DNA of 64,000 nt from the human T2T-CHM13v2.0 reference genome, Homo sapiens: assembly GCF_009914755.1 (NCBI RefSeq), contig NC_060926.1. One strand, written 5' to 3'. Positions 12,516-28,831 of this stretch are shown here, piece after piece. The notes beneath the pieces are model-generated. The model had not been told where the DNA came from, made no database searches, and was given only the letters and a program-made list of their open reading frames with translations. How positions within the stretch are numbered: the stretch's first letter is position 1; each line of letters starts with the position of its first letter. Position numbers and translations under genes: made by a program.

Positions 12516-14544
12516 ATCCACTCTGGAAATTTCCCTTCCCAGAGACTTCCAAATAAGGGGAGAATCAGAAAGAATAAAAGATCTAATTTTTACTCCACCT
12601 ATAATTTCTTCTCATACTAGTACACTTGCCCCCTTTTACCTTTTCACAGGGTACTAAAAGCAACTGAGAAACTGAAACCTTATTGGATTTTATCATTATA
12701 AATATTCATAGATATTTTTTAATATTCACATCAATACCTGCAGGTTAAGACATGTTTACTACATTGATCTTTGCAAAAGAAACATAAAAGCTTCTGATCA
12801 ATATAAATGTAAAAGTTTCTGGTCAGATTTTTAGCATAACTAGATTTTCAGGCAAAGACTCTGGGACTAAAATGGAATAAGAATGAAGACCTTAAATGAT
12901 TGCTGTTACAGTGTTCCTGATTTATTAAAAATAATCACAAAGCATTACTAGCAATGCCAAATCTCTAGCATTCTGATCAGTGAAAGGAATTATCAGTGTC
13001 TAAAAGGTCTTTGTCAACTCTAACATCTATAAACATTTAAGTGGTATTGAGCAGATTCCATAATCTGATCTGCTTTTAACTGTGGAAATCAATACAGTTA
13101 TTAAGAAGCTATTTGAATAATTCATGTTGTAAGTGAAGGCCTTCAGAGTAGCCACAATGTGCTTGCATCTTAATGGTATTTTAAATAAAGTTGTGTCTTG
13201 CTACAATGCACATTTAGTAAGCAAGACCAATCCCCATCCATCAGTTCAGAGGCGGTGATGAGAGAAATTCTGACAGTTTCAGAGGAACAACTAAGCTATC
13301 TGGTTTTTATAAATAAGGGAGTTAAGGGAAAGTTTCTTCTCCCAGTATCTCAGAGGAAGATAGTATCTGCCTTTTCATTCACCCCACTGCCTTGTTGCTG
13401 AGGTCTGACATTCTCTTGGAGATACTGTTCAGTGATATCACTGCAAGGCCCATCTGGCTATGTTAACTGGATTAAATGCATATCCATCAGCTCCAAAAAA
13501 AAAAAATGTATTAAGTGTCAAGTGGTTAACTCCAGGTAAAGACATCTGGGCAAGAATAGTTTTCTTTCTTTGAAAGTTTTTCAACCTTATATCATTATCA
13601 TAACGTTTCCCTCACATTGAAATCAGAGTTTAAATAACACCTACCTTCAAAAAGTTTTACATTTCAGACAAGTATCAAAGAATATGAGACTATAAGCAGA
13701 GGCTCCAAAAGTTACCTAGTCCCAGCCTCATCCAATACTTGAACCCTGTCTATGACAGTCCCTCCATGTTAAGAACCAGTCTATTTGAACTCATCCTGTT
13801 CATAAACTCATTGCCATCTTCTCCAGGATTGGCCGATTGCTCTTCAGGCAATTATGACAAAGCTCTTCCTTATGCTGAGCCCATATCTGTCTCCCTACAC
13901 TTCTACCTGTTTGTTCTAACTCACCCTTAGGGGTCACTTAGTCAAGTAGGACACCTCTTTTACTTGCGATCCTTTCTGACACTTGAAGGTAGAGATTATG
14001 GTCTTTCTTTCCTCTTAGGCCAAAGCGTTCTCAGCATCTTCACTTTTCTCATGCTCTGTTCACATCCATGGACACATCAATATCAATGGAAGGGTCTAAG
14101 ATATATACCTTTGGAAACCGTGTATGTGAGAGAACCCAGTGGACATGTCCACTATCAAAACTTATCTCTATTATAAGAAATTATTTCTGTTTTAAACTAA
14201 TTACCAGATACCAGCTAGCACCTTTTCTTTGTTGTTTGTCCACCCCATTTTACTCCCCATTCCTCGGACTGCTGTCCCCTCCGGTTGACAGGGCTTTCCT
14301 CTCCCATCCCACAAAACGTTCCACATGCTTGCCTTGACTTTTCTCTCCATTCTTGTCATGAATACTGCCCTCTACTGCCGCTGCACCCTGGCCACACCAG
14401 ACTACTGATTGGCGCCTGAAAGTTCCAAGCTTTCTTGCCACCTCATGTTGTTCTCCACCAACACCACCTTGCACCCCTTCTTCATGTAACTAATGCTTAC
14501 TCCAGGCAGGCAGCCTGAGAATGCAAAGTAGAATGTGTTAATCA

Positions 14545-14900
14545 GTATAGACGAAGTACTTACGAAATAACCTTCAAATCTTAAGGACACAGTGAAAGTT
14601 TACTTCTCATTTATATTCCAGTTCAATAGTCCAGGGGCAGGGATAGTATTTCTAGGTGGGCGAGTGAGCTACACATGGCCATCCTTCAAGGTCCGAGAAT
14701 GTGGCCACCTTCTACACCTGACCTCCAAGGTCATCTCAGAAAGTGAAGAAAGATCATGAAGGCTTGTATAGGAGATTTTATGCCCAGGCCAAGATGTAGT
14801 ATATGTTCCTTCTGCCCACATTCCACTTACCACAACTCAATCACAGGCCTCCAAACTTACTGCAAAGAAGCTAAGAAATGGAGCTGCAGGAAGAAAATGA
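14545..14900 (-). mobile_element. Degenerate MLT1-like LTR fragment
   Basis: Motifs aaagtttacttctc and cttctgcccacattccact...actcaatcaca...ctgcaaagaagctaagaaatg are typical of antisense old MLT1. Confidence 0.5.
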
Positions 14901-15777
14901 AACAGGGTTGCTAAATTCATAATTCTATTTTGTTCTTCGTGAAAGTCTATGCTTACTGATATTACTAGAACTGGTATTTTTAAAATGATACAAGAATATA
15001 CAGTATTAGAAAAGGATACTTATAAAAGGATAAAAGCACTGCTCCACTGGGTGGTGAAATTCTGCATATTTACTTGTTTCTTTCCCCAGCTGAACTGTAA
15101 GTTCCTGGAGGCCAGCAATGTGGCCTTCATTTTTATACTGCTAGAATATAGTGCAGGACATTCCTGCTACAAATGTCCATTTATAGTTGAGACAGCATGA
15201 ATGAGTCTTTGTCTATTCTTTCTGCAATTCCTAACTAGATTGCTAAAATGGTACTTGAAAATCCAAAGATCAAGAGATACTGCAGCATGCTCTTCTGAGT
15301 GCTGGGGGTCAAGAGATGCTACAGTAGCTCTTACACAGAATTGGATGATGCCCTTGATAACCATGGGGAAGATGCAGCCATCTCCTTTCCCCAAGACTCT
15401 GATCTGAGTCTTACTCATCACTGAATCCTTAGCACTCAGCACTCTTAAAAACGGTTGAACGAATAAATGTAAAACACTGAAAAATATTGTTATAAATAGG
15501 CTAATCAGATCATAGGCTATGTTAACTTTAATTTTCATGCCAAAAGTAACAAAATCTGATAACAGGACCAGCCATAAAATGCTGTCAAACAGTTTTTACT
15601 GGCTTATAACAATTATCTTTATATCCTTTTATAATATTGTCTATTCTTATATTCTTTCCATAATATCAGCTCTAATATATTTTAGTCTAATAATTTTTTT
15701 AGAAAGTTGTATTCATTTTTAAATAAAGTGAAATGGTAGAAATCACCTGACTACTTGGGGATTTGAAAACCATTAAC

Positions 15778-17356
15778 TCCCCCTCCCCCTCCCCCTCCCC
15801 CTCCCCCTCCCCCTCTCCCGTCTCCCTCTTTGCACGGTCTCCCTCTGATGCCGAGCGGAGGCTGGACTGTACTGCCGCCATCTCGGCTCACTGCAACCTC
15901 CCTGCCTAATTCTCCTGCCTCAGCCTGCAGAGTGCCTGGGATTGCAGGCGCGCGCAGCCACGCCTGACTGGTTTTTGCATTTTTTGATGGAGACGGGGTT
16001 TCCCCGTGTTGGCCGGGCTGGTCTCCAGCTCCTGACCGCGAGTAATCTGCCTGCCTCGGCCTCCCGAGGTGCCAGGATTGCAGACAGAGTCTCGCTCACT
16101 CAGTGCTCGATGTTGCCCAGGCTGGAGTGCAGTGGCGTGATCTCGGCTCGCTACGACCTCCACCTCCCAGCCGCCTGCCTTGGCCTCCCAAAGTGCCGAG
16201 ATTGCAGCCTCTGCCCGGCCGCCAACCCGTCTGGGAAGTGAGGAGCGTCTCTGCCTGGCCGCCCATCGTCTGGGATGTGAGGAGCCCCTCTGCCCAGCCA
16301 CCCAGTCTGGGAAGTGAGGAGCGCCTCTTCCCGGCCGCCATCCTGTCTAGGAAGTGAGGAGCGTCTCTGCCTGGCCGCCCATCGTCTGAGATGTGGGGAG
16401 CGCCTCTGCCCCGCCACCCCATCTGGGATGTGAGGAGTGCCTCTGCCCGGTCGCCATCCCGTCTGGGAACTGAGGAGTGTCTCTGCCCGACCGCCACCCT
16501 GTCTGGGAGGTGAGGAGTGTGTCTGCCCGGCCACCCTGTCTGAGAAGTGAGGAGCCCCTCCGCCCGGCAGCTGCCCCGTCTGGGAAGTGAGGAGCCCCTC
16601 CGCCCGGCAGCCGCCCCGTCTGGGAAGTGAGGAGCCCCTCCGCCCGGCAGCCGCCCCCACTGGGAAGTGAGGAGCGTCTCCGCCGGGCAGCCGCACCGTC
16701 CAGGAGGGAGGTGGGGGGCAGCCCCCGCCAGGCCAGCCGCCCCATCTGGGAGGGAGGTGGGGGGCGCCTCTGCCCAGCCGCCCCGTCTGGGAAGTGAGGA
16801 GCCCCTCTGCCCGGCCGCCACCCCATCTGGGAGGTGTACCCAACAGCTCATTGAGAATGGGCCATGATGACGATGGCGTTTTTGTCGAATAGAAAAGGGG
16901 GAAATGTGGGGAAAAGAAAGAGAGATCAGATTGTTACTGTGTCTGTGTAGAAAGAAGTAGACATGGGAGACTCCATTTTGTTCTGTACTAAGAAAAATTC
17001 TTCTGCCTTGGGATGCTGTTAATCTATAACCTTACCCCCAACCCCGTGCTCTCTGAAACATGTGCTGTGTCCACTCAGGGTTAAACGGATTAAGGGCGGT
17101 GCAAGATGTGCTTTGTTAAACAGATGCTTGAAGGCAGCATGCTCCTTAAGAGTCATCACCACTCCCTCATCTCAAGTACCCAGGGACACAAACACTGCGG
17201 AAGGCCCTAGGGTCCTCTGCCTAGGAAAACCAGAGACCCTTGTTCCCATGTTTATCTGCTGACCTCCCCTCCACTATTGTCCTGTGACCCTGCCAAATCC
17301 CCCTCTCTGAGAAACACCCAAGAACGATCAATAAATACTAAAAAAAAATTAAAAAA
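15778..17356 (+). mobile_element. Full-length SVA retrotransposon, older type (SVA_B-like), antisense to RBMS1
   Basis: (CCCCCT)n head, Alu-like region, short VNTR (~16210-16840), SINE-R with old-type motif GAAAGAGAGATCAGATTGTTACTGTG, AATAAA at 17330-17335, A-tail to 17356. Confidence 0.95.
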
Positions 17357-17769
17357 TGGGGGATGAATGGAAAGAATACCTGCCCTGCTTGGTGCTAAAT
17401 GTGGCTCTCCCCTTCACCAAAGCTCATTTCTCATTTTCAGCTCTATACATCTCCAACCTGATGAGGCCACAGGACTCCCTGCTGCCCTCAGTATGACTTA
17501 CAAACAAGCCCCACCTCAAGCCCACCCTCCTTCTTTTGCAGATTCCTTTCTCACCCCCTCCACTCTGCAGCATACACCCTTCACCCTGCTGACCACACCA
17601 ACCATACCAGCACTTGCTGCCATCCTGAATGACAACTGCCACCTGCTGTATACCAGGCACAGAGGAAACACTCTTTTTGTGGAATCTACGAGGGGTGCTA
17701 AGCACTCTGTGGGAATCACTTCATGCAATCTTCACAGTGCTGTACGCAGGTACTAACCTTGCACCCATT

Positions 17770-18098
<329 letters not shown>

Positions 18099-18402
18099 CA
18101 TTAACCCAGTTTGTAATAGTGGTGGTTTGTTTTGTAGATGTAGATAGAATGCCTTCTTCCTTTGGATTAAATCATTACAAGCTGAGATATCATCATTAGG
18201 AAACTGTAAAAGCAGGAAATGCTGTCTTCCTTTTCCAGTCTATAATTAAACAGGAAGATAAAGATACAGACTGAAGTAGCTCCCAAGCCAATATTTTGAA
18301 ACTTGTGTTGACCTGACTTAAATACCTTACTTAATACTGTGACTGATTTTTATTAAGAAAAACAACAACAACAACAAACTCAAGTATCTAAAACTAGAAA
18401 AA

Positions 18403-18695
18403 GGACAGGTGCAGTGGCTCACGTCTGTAATCCCAGCACTTTGGGAGGCCAAGGCAGGAGGATCACTTGAGGCGAGGGCAACATAGTGAGACCCCATCTC
18501 TACAAAAAACTATAAAAATCAGTCAGATATAGTGCTGCATGCCTGTTGTCCCAGCTAGTTGGGAGGCTGAAGTGGGAGGATCCCTTGAGCCCAGGAGTTT
18601 GAGGCTGCAGTGAGCTGTGATGAGCACCACTGTATTCCAGCCTGGGTGACAGAGCAAGACCATGCTTCAGAAAAAAAAAAATAAATAAATAAAAA
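18403..18695 (+). mobile_element. AluJ with internal deletion in the left arm
   Basis: Alu dimer missing ~20 bp after cacttgaggc; TSD-like AAAACTAGA on both sides. Confidence 0.85.
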
Positions 18696-19102
18696 CTAGA
18701 GAAAATATCATAACATGTTTATTGTCTTGATGTTTTGTATTAATTGTCAAAGAAACACTCAGGATCTCTAAATTTATCTGCTTGTGTTAAACCAATGTTT
18801 GCTCTTTGGGTGTTGGTTGTTTTGTTCAAAATATCCGTGATTAACCCTGATGAGTGTTCACCTTCCAGTGCCTTCATAGTTTTTATCTCCTTTGATAAAT
18901 GAAATAAAGAAGCAACAGGTACAAAACTAATCCAAAAAAAGTATTTCCTTTACAATGTACAAGTATAATCTATATTTGGATTAAAATGTAAACATCAATA
19001 ATTTATCATTTTGGTAGTAAAATAACCTTAGTGTGTTATTAGTAATTTTCAAATCTACTTAAACCCAATGCACCAGACAAAATATAGAAATAAAACGTTT
19101 AA

Positions 19103-19421
<319 letters not shown>

Positions 19422-19813
19422 AATGCAGCAGTATCTTAAAAAATCATCCTTTTATTATTTCCATCTAAGTTTTTTTTCAAATTATAAAATCTTATATTTA
19501 GGTTTTATCTATCTAATGAAAACCAAATAAAACCTGAATAAAAGCAAACTTGAACCCCTTAAAGAGGCTGTACAAAGAATTTAAGTATCAATCATGGCAG
19601 GACTAGAGTCCTTGTCATCTGGATCTCCATGGGGATGTGATCTAGTTTGAGGCCTAGAAAATCAGATCAGTTATGAGAAGGCTCTATGGAATTACTGGAA
19701 CTTAGAGGAGATGGAAAAAAAAAGATACAGATTGATATGGAGGCCTCTGAGCTCCCAGGAAATCCCAAAGTCCTCATCTAAAGGTCCCAGGGCTATCATG
19801 GTGAGCTAATAAG

Positions 19814-20128
19814 TACAGTCATTCCTCATCCATGGGAGATGGGTTCCAGGACCCCCAGAAGACACCAAAATCCCCAGATGCTTAAGTTCCTTATATAAAA
19901 TGACAAAGTATTTGCATATAACCTAGGGACATCCCCCTGTATATTTAAATGATCTCTTAATTACTTATATTAATAACACGTAATACAACATAAATGCTAT
20001 GTAAATAGTGGTTATACTATATTTTTTGTTGTTGTATTGTTATTCATTGTTTATTTTTAAAAATATTTTCAATCTGTGGTTGTTCAATCCATGGATGCAG
20101 AACCTGCAGATATGGAAGGCCAACTGTA
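19814..20128. mobile_element. MER2-like (TcMar-Tigger) DNA transposon
   Basis: TA-CAGTCATTCCTC...ggttccaggacccc...ccatggatgcagaacctgcagatatggaaggccaACTG-TA; terminal inverted repeats and TA target duplication. Confidence 0.8.
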
Positions 20129-20199
20129 TTCTCTTCCAAGGTGTGCACTTTTACAGGTCAGTGCAACAGGCTTAGAATGACCTTATTACGAGAATGGTA

Positions 20200-22340
20200 A
20201 TCAACAGTGTCAAGTGCTTGTACCACGTAATCACAAAGCTAAGCACTGGAGGGTATAGCAGAGAACAAGACAGACGTACTACCTGCTCTCACAGGGCTTA
20301 CAGTCCAGCAGAGAAAACTGGCATTCATCAAACAAGTACGAGTATGATAAAAGTCTCCCAGGAGAAATTAGGAGCTTATGAGATCACATTACAGGGACTC
20401 CAGACTTGGTGAGGGAAGTGATAAGTTGTGATATTTACATTTGCTCAAGTCACTTAACCTTGTAATGCCTTAGTATCTTCATCTGTAGGATGGGGTAATA
20501 GTAGTGCTTACCTTACAGGACTCACGTAAGGATTAACAAAGCACTAACCACAGGGACAAGCACTGGATAGGTGATTGTTGTGTGTTTCTGTAACTACTGT
20601 TATGATGATGATGATGATGATGATGATGCTTATTATTACTATTACTATTGGCCTGAATAAGGAATAAAAGTTTGCCAGGCAAAAGGGAGAGAAGGGAATA
20701 GCAGGAGGAACTAGTCCAGAGAGAAAAAAAAAAATATGTGCAAAACCCTGGAGATCCAAAAGGTTGTGGTGCTTCCAGATGGACAAAATTAAGGCCTGTA
20801 AAAAAGAAATAAACTAGAGATCTCTAAAAGGGAGGATCCTTCTGGATCCTTTCCAAAAGTTTCCCCTGTCATCCTTACCATCGTAAAAGCATTTCCCCTT
20901 GACTCTGCTTTTCTTTCCACATACCATATTATGATCGTTCTTTTCTTTTTTATAATTTTCTGCATTTTCCAAATTATCCCTGTAAGCATGCATTACTTTC
21001 ATAATTTAAAAAAAGAATTTTAAAAGTGATCCCTTCATTCTTTCTCTCCCCATAACAACCTAACTTCTGCCAAATTTGACTTGTATTCATTGCCCTCTTA
21101 TGTCACTTCCCCCTCACTCAACAATGCATTGCCACCACTCCAGCATCATGTTTCTCAAACACAGATCTGCTCTCTCATTCCCATGCTTCAAACATTTCAT
21201 GGCCTACAAAATAACACCCAAGCTCCTCAGGAAAATCACCCAAATGACCCAGAACCTACATCCAGTCTATCTTTCTCGTGTCATCTCCTACCACTCTTCT
21301 CCTTACCCACCCTTCTTCACAAGCACCCTCAGCCACACAGAACTTCTCACCAATTTCCTGAATCCAGTATATACTTTGGTGCCCCTCTACCTTAGTTCAT
21401 GATAGTTTTTATGCTAAGAGTGGCTTTCCAGCCTTCTCCAGCTAACAAAATTCACTCCTCCTTCCCAACCCACTAAGTTTCAATGTCATCTCCTCTATGA
21501 ACGTTTCTTCTATTCTCTCCACCTCACCCCCAAACACAAGCCCTTGTAATGACCTCTATGTTTATCTCCTGCTTATACTGAGTTCTATCAAAGTAGAAGC
21601 CATATCTACTTTACCTTTGTTGCTACATCCAGATCATATCTCAATAAATGTCTGTGTTGTTACTGTTCAAATTAAGATAATCATATAATGGTTTCTTTGA
21701 GGAAACCTCATGAGAGGTAGACTGTTTAAACTAGACATAGAAAGGATGCAAGGACAACACACCATTTCAATTATTTACTCTTTTCATGCAATGTTACATG
21801 AGTATTTACCAAGTTAGCACACAGTTACTGACTGCTTACTATTTGTGCTAGGTACACAGTTGTGAATAAGATGCTAAAGATACTAAAGAAACACACAAAT
21901 AAATGCATAGTTATAAAATGCAGTAGGTGCCATATAAAGAAAGAACAGGAGACCATGAAGGATGGCAACTTTGAGGTCCTGGGGTACCAGGAAGTGCCTC
22001 TCTAAGGAAGCAACTGGAACAATGCAAAGTGAAAGTGGAGGAGGAATTAACCATGTAAAGAATGTGAGAAAGAGTGTCCCAAAAGAAGGGGAATATACTG
22101 GGAGGTCCTGAGGCAGGAAGGATCTGGGCGTGTGTAAGGAAGTGAAGGCCAGCATGCCTGGAACCCAGTGAAGAAGAGGAGTGGCGAGCCAACCTAGAAC
22201 TCCTCTAAGGAGCTGGTCCTGTGAAAGAGTCTGCACTTTCTTGTAAAGGCACCAGTAAGTCACTAAGGGTTTTAGGTAGTGGGGGTGGGGCTGGGACAGT
22301 GACAGGATCAGATTAATGTTTTTCAAATATCACCATGAAA
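20200..22340. mobile_element. Cluster of degenerate L2 and MIR fragments, with an (ATG)n microsatellite at ~20602-20628
   Basis: MIR core (catctgtaggatggggtaatagtagtg at ~20480) and L2-like text in both orientations (21050-21660; 21790-22340). Confidence 0.6.
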
Positions 22341-23175
22341 TGAGCAATTGAAATTTCTTTTAGGTAGAATTACTAGTGAGATGGAAAAGTTCTCCATTTA
22401 TTTGATTTTTCAGTATACTTAGTATAATAATTATTTGAACATCCATCAGTAAACATTATATTCAGTCAAATATTTGTCTCTGATCATTCTTAAAAGTTAA
22501 ATTCAAACCACCTCTGTAGCTGTCTCTCTTTCTCTGAATCGTATACTTCAGGTACACAAAGTTACAATGCAGATCCTGGTTCCTAGAATGCCACATTATA
22601 CATGCCATTAAATGTTTAATCAGAACTATCATTCCAAAAAGTTTAAAGCCTCTTTTCAAGAAAAAGACCGGTATCTGATGTCAATTGAAACTCAATTTTT
22701 TCATTTTTACTTCAGTTGAAAACCTGGCCTTTTCTACCTGAGCTGATGCTTTATAAATGGCAATATAAGACATGGTACAGGCTGTTATTTTTGTTTGTTT
22801 AGAAATGTCACACTCCTCTCTGTTGCGAACAAATGTGCTCAAGTTACAATTATGTCAGAAAAAGTAGATACCATGCAGTATCATTTTTTAGAATGTGCTT
22901 GTGACATTTTGTTAAACCAAGAGAAATGTTACAACTAGAAAGGGTGAGAAGAAAGAAGAAGATAAATATAATTGCAGACTGAACAAAAATGAACAGGAAC
23001 ACACTTGCACACTTCAGTTTATTAACTGTGGCTGGCAAGCAGTCATGCTGCATGGATACTATTTACTGCTTGGGAGGAAAATTGTGAACCTGCCTGGAGA
23101 GGACACCAAAGGAATATCCAAGCCAAGGAAAGAAAGAGAAGGGAGAGAAAATTATAACCATCACATACAATGTAA

Positions 23176-23494
<319 letters not shown>

Positions 23495-24577
23495 CATTCC
23501 CAAGCTTTTTATGGGCAGTGATTTATCCATGATAAAAGCAATATTTGGAAAATCAGTGAAAGAAAAAGAAATACAGATCAAACAGGGGAGCAGAGAGCAA
23601 GGACCTACAGGCAATGTGAAAAGAGTGGAACTAATAATTTCAGGAAAAAACAAACAAACTTAAAAAGGTAAAATAGTAGTTGTAACATTGATAATACCAC
23701 CACCAATAATAGAACCTAATGTATTTAGCACACACTACATGTTAGGTACTGTGCTAAGTGCTTTCTATGGTTTGTCTGATTTAAACCTCTTACCAGCTAT
23801 AGGGTGAGTCGTCTTTTTCTTTCCACTGGAAAGATGAGGAAATTGCTGTTCAATCCAATGTCAGGAAGCTAAAAGGTGTACGTGAAGTCATCTGGCACTT
23901 TTGCAAAGGAATTCTAGGGAAGTTTTTTTATTATTTTTAATCTAGATAATTAAGGCTTAAATAAAATACAGTATAGATTGTTACCTTACTCCTTCTAATG
24001 GAAAGTTTTCTAAGCCATATTGTAAATTTTCCTTCTCTTCTAAACACAATACCTTGAGCATAATTTAAAGTTCCCTTAATAATTCACAGTAGACTGAGCA
24101 TAATTTAAACATTAGCTATCATGCTCTACTGTAAAACAGCCTCCAAGCTGCTAAGATATGTAAGGATGATTTGTTCCTTCACCACATGGAAGCTGAATGC
24201 TCTCCTGAGCTGTTCCTATTTCTTATATTTTGACTGTCTGTTCCCTCACTGCCAAGTGATCCACTCTCCAGCAGCAATGTGACCTCCCCTTCTTCCAATT
24301 TGGCTTCTTCTCCAGCCTCCCCTTGAGCCACCCACTGCCGGCTGAATTCCAATCAGTTCAATTCAATACATTTTTCACAAAGTCTACTTTGACCTGTACT
24401 TGTTCTCTGTGGGCTATTTTATCAACAGTGATAGTAGAGATAGTGTGCCAAATCAAACAAACAACAACAAAAAACCTGGCACTTCTTTTCTAATGAACTT
24501 CAGCTAGCCAGATATGAGGGACTTTGTATATCTTATTAGAGGCTGAAAAGATTGACAGGCCTGTGAATTAGCAGTAG

Positions 24578-24936
<359 letters not shown>

Positions 24937-25458
24937 GTATCCTCATTTTGAAAGGAGTAAACTGAGGCTCTCACAGCTGGTAAGTAGCAGAGCTGAGATT
25001 TGAACATGGTCTTTCTGATTCATGTTTCACTGCCATAAATGGTGTGGGAGAAAGGAAACACAACCATTTCTTGCAGAACTAATGGCTTCAAGAAATAGCT
25101 ACAATTTGCTTTATGTATTTGCTGTATGGCAAGTATTGGATAATATTACAGATTCATATTGAAATGATACCACCATGAAAGATGATCTTACAATTTGATA
25201 AGGATTCAGAGCACAGACCAGAGATTGCTAAATAGGCAACATACAATATGTGATCAGCTGGGCAGGGCTGCCTATGCACTAACAGGTGCCAGCTTGAAAG
25301 TCGCACTTTCACACATCGTGTGACTTTCTCGGTGATTTCCTGGCATTCTCGGGTGCAGCTCACTACTTTTGAGGCAGATTATTGCGTGAGGGCAAAACAA
25401 ATATGCAAAAAATAAAGGTTTCTCTGACTCATTTTTAAAATTTATTTTTGGGGTTATT

Positions 25459-25791
<333 letters not shown>

Positions 25792-26013
25792 TAAAAAAAC
25801 AGATCCAGAAACTTGCCACGGAAACTATTTTCAATGTCAAATTACATTTGAAAGCATTTTCTTCCCAATTCACTCATATTTAAAGTTACTTAAATCTTTA
25901 CACAGGATAGAGAGGTCTTCACATGGCAACCACACTCCACAAAACTTCCTCAGATCTGTAGTAAAAATTGTTGGTCACATCTTGGTTTCCTGGATGTCAG
26001 AAAACACTAACTA

Positions 26014-26340
<327 letters not shown>

Positions 26341-28203
26341 TTAAACATGAAGGCCAATAATGTAAACTATATGCACAGTTATGGAGAAATGGCTTACTGG
26401 ATGGGGCGGGCCCTTACACTGCATTCACTTTAGATGCACACAGCCCTTATGTGCTGCTTTGACTTTTCTGTAGCCACAAATCAGAAGTGCTCAAGCAAAA
26501 ATCGCATGAGCTCAAATAGTTCCTTAGTTCAGGCAGCACCTTGAGGATACTGTTTTGGAGAAAAGACCTAATACCCATCATACAGTCTAATCATTTTTTG
26601 TGATGCAATTGTTTTGAGATTGTTTGGGTTAGGGTCGGTCTCTATTTATGTTCCAAATAATCCCGTTAATAGATGGTTTTCATTCATGTAAATTCATGCT
26701 TTATTTGTCTCATTTCTAGCACTGGCATATTTATTCCTACTTCCCATAAGTATCTACTATTTAGAGAAAACACTGGGTGGCTTCCCGAGTACGTGACATT
26801 TAATTTCATGTTAGAAAAATAAACAGGACACCACACAAAGTACTATCATTCTTTCTGCTTCTAAGATTTACATTTAAAATGCTTTTACTTGATCCTCCAT
26901 GATCTTTTTAATAGCGCAAATTCTTAAAAGATTAAATATATTTTGGGGAAACTTTTAAATCCTTAATTCTTAACAGCATATTTCAAATAACTGAAAGTGA
27001 TACACATGTTAATCTTTTAAAATTTCAAGCAGAAGTATAAACCAACATAAGCATTGTGTTTCTGACCTATTTAAAAAACGTTTTCCTCTTTCTCCTCCAC
27101 ATTTATCATTATTAACTGTTGACCAAAATCATGTATTATTTCACATGTTACATGGTTAATCTTATTGCCTCCAGTGACCAGGAGGTATTTTATGACCAAA
27201 GTTCTCAATAAATAATTTACTCCACTTTTCCATTACTTAGAAAGTAATGTTTCACAATAGGGCCTGACACTAATACTCCAAGCATAGCCACTGATTTACT
27301 AAATAGATGATCTAAGGTCTAATGCACCTATCTTCTTTCTAAGAGATCAGTTCATCAATATTGATTGAAACCAATGTGCACAAAAGTATATATTAGGAAC
27401 ACAGGAACTTCCTCTAAACACCACTTAACTTCAAGCCTAAGCCTGCTGAGCCAGGGGAGGATTTATGACTTTTCCTACACCAGCATCATTAATTGGGGAA
27501 AATTCTTAATTACAATCTAACACACAATTCAATCCATTAACCTTGTAGATAAGTTAAAACTAACCTCTGGGCCCACAGAAGGCAGATGCTCCCTGAAGCA
27601 GGTGATGGCTCCACTCCTCCCCCAGTGGTTGTCCTTACCCAAAGCAAGGCAATCAAGGTGAATGCCCTGATTCTGGTCATAACTTTGAAGAGGCATCTGC
27701 TTTTTGCTTTTTGTGGGGAATAGGGAGTTGAGGGCATTCAATGACTCTGAAAGGCACCAAGTCAGAGGAACAGGAGGAGAAGCAGGTGGTGAGCAGCCTG
27801 GGTGCCTTCACCACTCAGCATGTCACCATGAGGTAAGGGAATCAACACATATCACACACACACCTCAATCCAGGGGCTTTGCAGATGACAATATATTTAA
27901 TCCTGGCAACAGCTCTGCAAAGTCAGCATCGTTTCCCCAGTTTTGCAGATAAGGACACTGTGGTTCAGAGAGACTAGCAGTCTCACGTAAGGTCACGCAG
28001 GACAACTGTGATATGACCACAGGTCAGTGGGGTGTGACCACAGGTTATCAGCTAGCTAGTTACCAGGGGAAGGGAGTCCTGGCTCTGCCACTACACAACA
28101 GTGCCTGCTTCCTTTTCTAACACAGGCCATTGGACAACCTGTTGCTTTTCCGCAATTTCCTCTCTGGCTGTTTTGCTTCTTTTTAATGATGCCCTTGAGT
28201 CAA

Positions 28204-28274
28204 CTTATTCTGATTTCACTAATATATCTTATTCTGATTTCACTGATATATCTTATTCTGGTTTCACTAATATA
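28204..28274. repeat. 24-bp minisatellite, 3 copies (CTTATTCTGATTTCACTAATATAT)
   Basis: Units start at 28204, 28228 and 28252, with single substitutions. Confidence 0.9.
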
Positions 28275-28489
28275 ACCATATTGAATGGCGAGGTAGAAGA
28301 AAGGATGTGTGTTTTCTCCCCAGTCCCTAAGCTCTGTGAGAAACATCCGTGCCCTCAACCTCCCTTTTCCTATGATCTTGTAAGACATACAGCATCCTCT
28401 TGTCATCTCCGTCCTTCATCTAGTCTACAATAATAAGAGTTAAATGAGCAATAAAACTTAATATTATCCCTCCTAGAAAAGGTGTTCTT

Positions 28490-28767
28490 GCTGGGTAAGG
28501 TGGCTCACGCCTGTAATCCCAATACTTTGGGAGGCCAAGGCTGGAGGATCACTTAAAGCCGGTAGTTTGAGACCAGTCTGGGCACACAGCAAGACCCCAT
28601 CTCTTAAAAAAATTATCCAGGTATGGTGTTGCATGCCTGTGGTCCCAGCAACAAAGGGACTGAGGTGGAAGGATCACTTGAGCTCAGGAGTTCAAGGCTG
28701 CAGTGAGCTATGATTGATCCAATGCACTTCAGCCTGGGCAACAGAGCAAGACTCCATCTCGAAAGAA

Positions 28768-28798
<31 letters not shown>

Positions 28799-28831
28799 GA
28801 GAGAAAGAGAAAAGAAAGAAAGAAAGAAAAA
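28490..28831 (+). mobile_element. AluJ with GA/GAAA microsatellite tail
   Basis: Alu dimer followed by a (GA)n/(GAAA)n purine tract. Confidence 0.85.

Noticed and set aside
15906-17262. ORFs up to 251 aa
   Set aside because: Translations of the second SVA; repetitive and without gene structure.
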